Positions 19,031-26,172 of a stretch of 26,172 bases of DNA are shown here, in pieces (positions within the stretch are counted from its first letter, which is position 1; every line of letters starts with the position of its first letter). The notes beneath the pieces were generated by a model. The model saw only the letters and a program-made list of their open reading frames with translations, did not search any database and had not been told where the DNA came from. Where the stretch lies: contig JALDZX010000002.1 in NCBI GenBank assembly GCA_022813865.1, positions 744,001 through 770,172 of the forward strand. Reading direction: 5' to 3'. The translations under genes were made by a program, and so were the position numbers. Origin of the DNA: Xylographa opegraphella (lineage: Eukaryota).

Positions 19031-20554
19031 ATGGATGGTAAGCCACATGCTACGGTGGCGGCGCGCAATTGAGAGTATCTTGTGCTCAGAAGCTGAAAGA
19101 CTAATTTGGTTATTGGTGGCGTAGAAGAAACTCCTGCTCTGGTCATCGACAATGGGTAAGCTCGTCTTCCACTTGCATGAATGGAGGCAGGAATGTGAAG
19201 TAATTGGCTTGTCCAGCAATGCTACAGCAAGAAGTAAGCGAAGCTGACGTTTTGAAAGCTCCGGCATGTGTAAGGCTGGATTTGCTGGCGACGAAGCTCC
19301 AAAAGCTGTTTTCCGTATGTTCCCAATTTATACACCACCATCTAATGTTCTAAGAACGGCGCAGCTTCAATTGTTGGTCGGCCTCGCCATCATGGGTAGA
19401 TTTGCACAACTCCAGCTCAGACTGATGGCAACGCTAATCATGAGGTTAGTATTATGATCGGAATGGGCCAAAAGGATTCCTATGTCGGCGATGAAGCACA
19501 GATGAAACGCGGAATCTTGACCCTTAGGCATCCCATCGAGCATGGCATCGTAGTGAACTGGGACGACATGGAAAAGCTATGGCACCATACCTTCACCTAC
19601 GAGTTGCGTGTCAATCCGGAAGACCATTCTGTGCTGCTCAGCGAGTGTCCACTCAATCCGCGTGCCGACCGAGAAAAAATGACGCAAATCGTCTTCGAAT
19701 CGTTCAACGCGCCTGCATTTTATGTTGCGGTTCAAGCTGTGTTATCTCTTTATGCCTCAGGCCGGAGCACGGGCGTCGTGATCGATTCAGGGGACGGCGT
19801 CACGCATGTCGTTCCCGTGTATGAAGGCAATCCTGTATCCGAGGGGATCACTCGGATCAACATGGCCGGCCGAAATCTGACAGACTATCTCATGAAGATA
19901 TTAGCGGAACGTGGGTATCCCTTCTCGAACACAGCAGACTGGGAGATCGTGCGAGATATTAAAGAACGGCTGTGCTACGTGGCCCTCGATTATGAACAAG
20001 AGGTACAGACTGCGAACCAGAGCTCGTTGTTAGAGAAGTCGTACGAGTTACCTGATGGTCAAGTCATTACGATTGGGGCCGAGCGCTTTCGAGCACCAGA
20101 GGCTCTGTTTCAGCCGCACATGTTGGACGTCAAGAGCGATGGTGTGCATCTTTCCCTCTTCAATTCGATTCAGAAGTGTAAGCCCGCCATATGGAGAGAT
20201 GTGAGTAGATACTTGTTTATGAAGAATAGAACTCGCTAATGAATCAGATGTACAGTAATATTATCATGGTAAGCATATACACTGCATAGTAAAGACCAAT
20301 ACCGAACGCTTACACTGAAACAGTCGGGAGGCTCAACGATGTTTCAAAGCATCGAAACTAGGATGCAGAAGGAACTCATCGTCCTTGCGCCTTCATCCAT
20401 GAGGATCAAAGTCTTTGCTCCGCCAGAGCGGAAATACTCCGTCTGGATTGGAGGTTCGATTCTCGCTTCGCTCTCCACTTTCCAACAAATGTGGATAAGC
20501 AAGCAAGAGTACGATGAGGGAGGGCCCCAGGTCGTCCAGCGGAAGTGTGTTTGA
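19031..20554 (+). CDS. Divergent actin paralog, 375 aa. Exons 19031..19037, 19125..19155, 19259..19314, 19365..19395, 19450..20200, 20248..20268, 20324..20554
   Basis: Six GT-AG introns give 1128 nt, i.e. 375 aa plus stop, the exact actin length: [59 protein letters not shown]...[20 protein letters not shown]. About 86 substitutions versus canonical Pezizomycotina actin (hand count against a remembered sequence), so probably not the housekeeping act1. Confidence 0.93.
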
Positions 20555-21280
20555 CATGGTTTAGATAGGTTTGCCTCAGAGAAATTGCAGCCAACCCTGC
20601 AATCTTCATTATTGTGGAAAAGATGTCAGCAACGCCGTCCTGTGTTTGTGATGCTTCGTCCGTTGATAACGGTCTCGTGGTGTCGTTTTCGACGCAATGC
20701 GGTGTTGAATAAGTAGGGGAAGGGCACAGGGGAAATGTATCGATAATGCTCGAAATATAGTTCTTCGACATATATTAGTGGTCAAATAATTTTCTATCTA
20801 AAACTGGGGGGCCATCAGGAGCTACGTGTAACCAAGAAATTCGATCATGGCCTTTACGAAGTATCTAAGGTTGTAACCTGCCTATCGCATCGACACTCAT
20901 AAAACACTGCAATCGAATACTCCTGAAGCTCCTCATAGAAGCCTCCTTAAGCGCCCTTCTTCCCAGTATCCGTATCAGCCCTGAGATGATCGACTTCTGA
21001 TCACGGCCTTCGTTTCATGGTCCGACCTTATGGCCGAGTTCTTGGAGGTTGAGATAGATGGGTATCATTTTGTTTTGCCGGCGAGATTGTGATAGACTGG
21101 CAAAGATCGCTGCGGATTCACACTAAAATGAGAAAATAGAAGCGAGCAGCTCCGTGTGATGGCAACCTCGGCAAGGTATCCGGATCCGCACCACCCAAAG
21201 GAGCATTGGGAATTAATCTGTGATGCTTGAAGTTGTTTGTAGGACTGTGAGTCTGGATCGACCATGGAATTGTGATCTGA

Positions 21281-22795
21281 TTAGAACTTCCGTTTCTTTT
21301 TCGCCGGTACTTTGTTCTTCTCCTCAAGCTCTCGCTTAATCCTGGCTCTATTCCGATCCGCTCTTTCCATCGAAGTCTCCCTAGCAGGCGGTGGCGATGC
21401 AGATGTCTTCAAAGACTGGCGGCGACTGCGTCCATTATCCACGACTGAAGACGGGCCGTCACCTTTTATGTTGGCGGAAGAAAGCGGTCTCTGAGCGCCT
21501 GGTTCGGTTTCCGGCAGTTTTCCTTTTTTTTGTAGGCCTCCAATCATACCCAGCTTTGGGCGTGCTTTGTCTGCCGTAGCAAGTGGCGACATATTGTCCT
21601 CAAGCTGTCCTGCAATTCGCTTGGGGAACTCGCCTTCGCCTGCAATACTTGGGCTACGCGCAGTCTGTGGAGGTATTTGTGATGCTTGCTGTCTTTTCCC
21701 GCCAAGTATACCGAGTTTTTTCGGGGTGTTGGGCATCAAAACTGGCTTGGACTCGGTATCTTTATGTTCTTGGGTTACTGGCCCCTCCAAATCATCATCT
21801 GAGGTTTCGGAGCCCGAGACTGTTGAATCAGATACCGCACGCTGCCCGTGCTGCCTTGTAGATTCAGCGGCATTGCTTTCTCGAGTTTGACTGGTCTGTC
21901 TCTTCGTCTGGTCAACAATCGTTTCTTTCGCTCTCCGCGGACTACCAGCTTGGAATCCTTCTACGTCGTTTGTGAAGCCTCTCAAGGACAAGGACTCAAC
22001 TATATCCTTTTGGGGTTTTGTAGATGATTCAGTTTCCAGCTCATCTGATCTGACATTATCATGGGGTCTATTTGGCAAATCATGAACGGTCGATGATCCT
22101 GTCTCGAAGAGTTGACTACAAATACTCTCTATATCTGTATTTCCAGTAGCAATCTTGACTCCATTTCGCCAATTCTGGATGTTGAATTCGTTAAGACCTC
22201 GCACTGAGGCCATAACCAACTCACGTGCATTGGTCTTTGACCTCCTCGGGGGCGCTGCGCTTGGAAACACTACAGTCAATTCGATACCGGCAGATTCTAG
22301 CTTCTCGGTGAGTCTGTTGATGACATGATCTTTCTCTTTGAGGTGAGCAAGCAGGGAATCGACTTCGGATTTTGCGGACAATAGTTCATAAATGCAAGGC
22401 AGGAGAAAAGTTGAAGTCAGTATTTCTTGAGACGCACATGATAAGTGAAAGCACCATACCAAAAGTGGCAAGGGGCTGGGAAGTACGACAGTGGCCTCTA
22501 ATGTGATGCTTGTATGCGCAGCTATGGATTGAAGCTTCAAGCTGGTCTTAGGTTGGCCCTTCAAAGCTTTCTCGATCTCTTGCAGTAGTTTCATCAACTG
22601 GCCTGGACCTTCGCTAGGATCAATGCTGACGTTTTCATCGAAAGCTCTCCTGATTATTTGCCGTCGATCAAGCGACTCAATCCACAGATGTGTAAGGTCG
22701 GTGACCTGTATAGTATAGGCAGAAGTGGATATGTCACGCTTGACAAGAAGCGGCAAAGCGTGACTGACTGGCAGACGATTCCATTCGGAAGACAT
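21281..22795 (-). CDS. XLF/Cernunnos (Nej1-like) NHEJ factor, about 504 aa (possible in-frame 48-nt intron 21949..21902)
   Basis: N-terminal XLF head domain W..LPV...LPLLVK....AYTIQVTDLTHLWIESLDRRQIIRRA.....SIDPSE...QL..LL, coiled coil LLAHLKEKDHVINRLTEKLESAGIEL, and fungal C-terminal ...RELEEK..PAKKKRKF (Ku-binding/NLS-like). ATG at 22795; the ORF-track start at 22861 is a non-ATG codon. Confidence 0.88.
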   Translation of the reverse strand: MSSEWNRLPVSHALPLLVKRDISTSAYTIQVTDLTHLWIESLDRRQIIRRAFDENVSIDPSEGPGQLMKLLQEIEKALKGQPKTSLKLQSIAAHTSITLEATVVLPSPLPLLVWCFHLSCASQEILTSTFLLPCIYELLSAKSEVDSLLAHLKEKDHVINRLTEKLESAGIELTVVFPSAAPPRRSKTNARELVMASVRGLNEFNIQNWRNGVKIATGNTDIESICSQLFETGSSTVHDLPNRPHDNVRSDELETESSTKPQKDIVESLSLRGFTNDVEGFQAGSPRRAKETIVDQTKRQTSQTRESNAAESTRQHGQRAVSDSTVSGSETSDDDLEGPVTQEHKDTESKPVLMPNTPKKLGILGGKRQQASQIPPQTARSPSIAGEGEFPKRIAGQLEDNMSPLATADKARPKLGMIGGLQKKGKLPETEPGAQRPLSSANIKGDGPSSVVDNGRSRRQSLKTSASPPPARETSMERADRNRARIKRELEEKNKVPAKKKRKF

Positions 22796-23182
22796 TGTAA
22801 CATGTCTAATCACGAGAGCGATAAGCAACGCGAAATGCTGATGCAAAGGCACAGCGTGCAAAAGCCGACAATGTTTGTCACAAGCTTAAAGGAGGTAACA
22901 GTTTCGTTAATGAACCAGCAAAGCACAATAGCAACATTTGTGCAGCAAGACTTGCAAGAATTCCACAACAGTCTCCAGCCTATATGTGCATGGACTTCCT
23001 AGACAGATAGGAGGTGATAAGTATTCCCACGGTCGAGTTTGAGGACTAGATTAGTCTAGCGTACTTTTCAGCGCAAACAACCTAAATTTCTAGCCTCTTT
23101 TGCCCACCTCACTTAGTGCCAAAATTTTCATGTTTACTCCGGCCGCCTTTACCATCTAACACTCCTCGTAGCCAGACTGGGC

Positions 23183-24921
23183 ATGGAAGGCCGGATCAAG
23201 CAGGACCATGATCAAGCCGAGTATGTCTATCGTCCATCGGAAGGGTTCGAAGCGCTCGTGGCCAAGGTTGAAGAATTAGTTATCAAGAACTCAGATTTAG
23301 GCCGGCAGCTGAGCGACTTACAAGCACAGGTGAGAGATGCTTTACCCTATCATCTTCTGTATCCGTCATTCAATCATCATCATGAAGAAAATACATAGCT
23401 CTAGATCTGGAGCCGTTCAGCGGCGGTGACCGATAATTCAACCACAAAATCTGAATCTAAACACATATGGAACCTACTAATTGCATGCTTTGCTTTGAAC
23501 ATTATCGGCTTATAAAGCTGACCTGAACTAGTATAAGCGTACCAGACTCACAAACTTGAATGCAGTTGCCGAAAGACATTTAGAGATACAAATAGGGGCT
23601 GTCGATGTACAACCGGCTCATTCAACGAAGAGTAGTGACGGATACAGGCAACACGAGTCCGTCAGTAGCACAGAAGTGTATCCTACACAGATAACCTGTA
23701 CTGGGCACAATGATGAGAAGGTGCTTGCAGCCAAGGACGCGCTAAACAACTTGAGTGCAAGAAATAATGTTATTATGCCAACGGAGACACAAGTCTCCAG
23801 TGTCTCAGGTAAGAATAATTCTAGATCGATCATAGGAAGTCACACATATATATCGGTTGAGAAAATTCATTCTACATCGGGTCCTGGGAAAGTTCGAGAA
23901 AGCCCGCTGTTACCAAAAGCAGCTTATAAAGAATCCCAGACCCCGATCAATTCTAAATCGAATCGAGCCGATCCATGTCGCCCCGATTCTTTACCAACCC
24001 CACCAAATATAAGAGGCTCATTCTTGCAGGACCCTTTGACAGTTGATTACTTAGCTGTAGAACCCCGCCTCACCACCAACATCTGCGCAACGTGCTGCAT
24101 GCAAATGTCCCACCAGGTTCCTTGACCAAAATTAACCGGAAGAGATCGCACGCTACTTCCATTTTTATAAGCATGAGATTCCTCGTAGTCATGAGGACTG
24201 TGTTAAAAGATATCAAAGCAATGAAAAGAGCATTCGCCAATTGGATGCTAAGTATGGTAATCTAGTGAACATGATTCAAGATCTCGGATTGAAAGAACAA
24301 CCGATGCTAGTACCTATAGATCATGAGGAGGCTGCCTTGCAAGACCAAAGCTCTAAAGACAAGGTCGAAAGATGGGCTACAGTTTGTACTGAGAGTATGG
24401 AAGAAGGCGTCGAGCTGGACGAATCGTCAGATAATATCAGTCATCCCAGATCAGGCCACTTTGACAGACCGCTGAAGGATGTTTGAGTTGGGGAATCCCC
24501 CAGTCGTCCGTGGGGCATCCAAGTACAATGTACAAAACCCGCGGTAGTGAGTTCGATATCATATACAAGTGACAATCGGGCGACTATCATATCGCCAACG
24601 CAAAGCCAATTTAGTGCTCCTCCACGGTTATAACCGCTGGAAGTACTTCGGCAGCCTACCCAATGCCCCTTTGGTCAAGTGCTACCCTTGAAGGGTAGCA
24701 GGCCGGGCTCTCCCTATGCAAGTGTCAAGCTTGATGAACAGGATCCTCAATCCATGGACGGACAGGAAGCAACAGAGGCCAATATGCCCAGCGCGAAGTC
24801 GCCAGTGAACGGCACTCAAGGTTGCCCAATCTTTGTTTTCAACGGCCCAATCTTCATTGGCTATACAGCGGAACAAGCTGCAGCTCTCTTGGCGGCATAT
24901 AGCCAGCCAAAGGCGCATTGA
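23183..24921 (+). pseudogene. Pseudogene of a conserved Pezizomycotina hypothetical protein. Exons 23183..23329 and 23532..24921
   Basis: Intron 23330..23531 (GTGAGA...GCTGAC...TAG). Family-like blocks KCPTRFLDQN*PEEIARYF..KHEIPRSHEDCVKRYQSNEKSIRQLDAKYGNLVNMIQ, HFDRPLKDV*VGESPSRPWGI and VFNGPIFIGYTAEQA. Disrupted by a frameshift in the C-run near 24063-24066 and in-frame stops TAA 24133, TGA 24484 and TAA 24631. Confidence 0.8.
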
Positions 24922-25367
24922 CGACGACAACCTTCATCGATAGAAATCAGAAGAGATTGATGCGTATGGTGGGAGCCATGTCGCAGTTCAATGCACTTGA
25001 ATTGTCTCGGAGATAATGCTCCCGCTTACGGAACGAGTGCTCGATTAGCGTTGCCTACCTCGTTAGTTAGCATATTTATTGGTAGTTTAGCATGAATTAT
25101 CAAATTTTGAATGAAGCCCGATTGCAAGTGCCACCGTTGTGATTCTCGAAGGCTATAATTGTTGGAAATTCCTGCAGTGAGCTGTGCTCGTTACAGAGGC
25201 CTACTTTCTGGTTCCCCTAAATTCGTAGATTCTACGAAAGGCTCGGCGACAATTACAATCGTGCAACCGCCGCCTCAATCTTCCTCCCACTAAAAACCAT
25301 CAGCGCAGCCCTGGCCAGCGGAGTCCCCCAGTATGAAATGCGCCACGCCTCTTACCTCGCGGCGCAC

Positions 25368-26014
25368 TTACGGCAGGGCAATGCACTCGATCTCGACATC
25401 CACCCCCTTCGGCAACTGCTTCACAGCGACACAACTCCTCGCCGGCCGCGTGGTGAAATGCTTCTCATACTCGCCGTTCATCTCGGCGAAGTTCGCCATG
25501 TCGGTGATGAAGACGTTCACCTTCACCACCTTGTCCATCGACGAGCCCGCCGCGGCGAGGATGGCGCGGATGTTGGCAATGCACGCCGCTGTCTTCTCCG
25601 CGATGCTGGCGGACGCCGGTAGCACTTCTCCGCTGGCGGTTGCGGGGATCTGGCCTGATACGTAGACCGTGCTTGGGGTGACTATTGCTTGCGACTGTTT
25701 CGGCGGGTGTGGTGGTTAGAATAGTGGATGGCTGGAGCGCGAGCGTGGGTGGATTGGTATACGTACATAAGGACCGGCGACTATAGCGGAGCATATTAGC
25801 TACAGCTCGTTTCCTGTGAGTGGACAAGCTGGAGGCTCGTATACATACCAGGGCACGCATCCTTGGTATAGATCTTTTTGATGTCAGCCATTGGGTGCGG
25901 TGTAGTATGTAAGCGGGCGACTGGCGAGATAGGTCGGCGCGCTGGGGTTGCAATTGAGCGTAGAAGTCCAATCTGGCAATGTACGGAAGGTCTGGCTACG
26001 GTACGGAGGAGCAT
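25368..26014 (-). CDS. RidA/YjgF/YER057c/UK114 family 2-iminopropanoate deaminase (Mmf1/Hmf1-like), 168 aa with mitochondrial presequence. Exons 26014..25849, 25780..25767, 25694..25368
   Basis: Spliced ACPVAGPYSQAI...VYVSGQIP...VVKVNVFITDMANFAEMNGEYEKHF..RPARSCVAVKQLPKGVDVEIECIA, which includes the catalytic Arg in PARS. Introns 25848..25781 and 25766..25695 flank a 14-nt micro-exon. Confidence 0.93.
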
Positions 26015-26172
26015 AAGATGGTGAATTTGGGGTGCTGAGTACCTCGTGGGTGAACAATCGGGCGCGATAATCGATTAGGGCTTCCGAGCATAGTGGGGTT
26101 TTACGATTTGCAAAAGGCTTGCATTCTCTTGGCGCTCAAACTTTGCTCTCCCCCACCCAAAAATGCAACGAA

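Noticed and set aside
19031..20554. Actin-like gene as Arp1/centractin or as the canonical act1
   Set aside because: The D-loop [23 protein letters not shown], the 375-aa length and the intron sites are those of conventional fungal actin, not Arp1. About 23% divergence, including filament-contact residues, argues against the housekeeping copy.
24133..24633. Premature stops as A-to-I editing-repaired codons, or as products of the neighbouring deaminase or RIP
   Set aside because: The stops replace probable Ser, Arg and Gln rather than Trp, include a C-to-A change, and co-occur with a frameshift. No general TpA enrichment is evident, so ordinary decay explains them.

Overview
Intron-containing filamentous-ascomycete (Pezizomycotina) genomic DNA with GT-AG introns of mostly 44-103 nt and CTAAC/CTGAC-type branch sites. 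Gene order, all spliced by hand: 3' end of RPB2 (+); esdC (+); a 5-exon gene hidden from the ORF track that encodes a divergent TenA/thiaminase-II-like protein (-); a mitochondrial apolipophorin-like helical protein (-); SLX4 (+); a metallo-beta-lactamase-fold hydrolase (-); an OTT_1508-like nucleic-acid deaminase carrying one frameshift (-); an intact 375-aa but strongly divergent actin paralog (+); XLF/Nej1 (-); a decayed pseudogene of a conserved fungal hypothetical protein (+); and a RidA/Mmf1 gene (-). The most striking element is the actin paralog. By hand count against the canonical Aspergillus-type actin recalled from memory it is about 77% identical. It keeps the ATP site and the pointed-end D-loop, but its barbed-end face is remodelled (D286-V287-D288 to K-P-A, W-loop, hydrophobic plug, F375V), as are known cytochalasin, latrunculin and phalloidin contact residues. 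It lies head-to-head with the toxin-family deaminase in an accessory-looking block between two DNA-repair genes. No rRNA, tRNA, CRISPR array or recognisable transposon was found.
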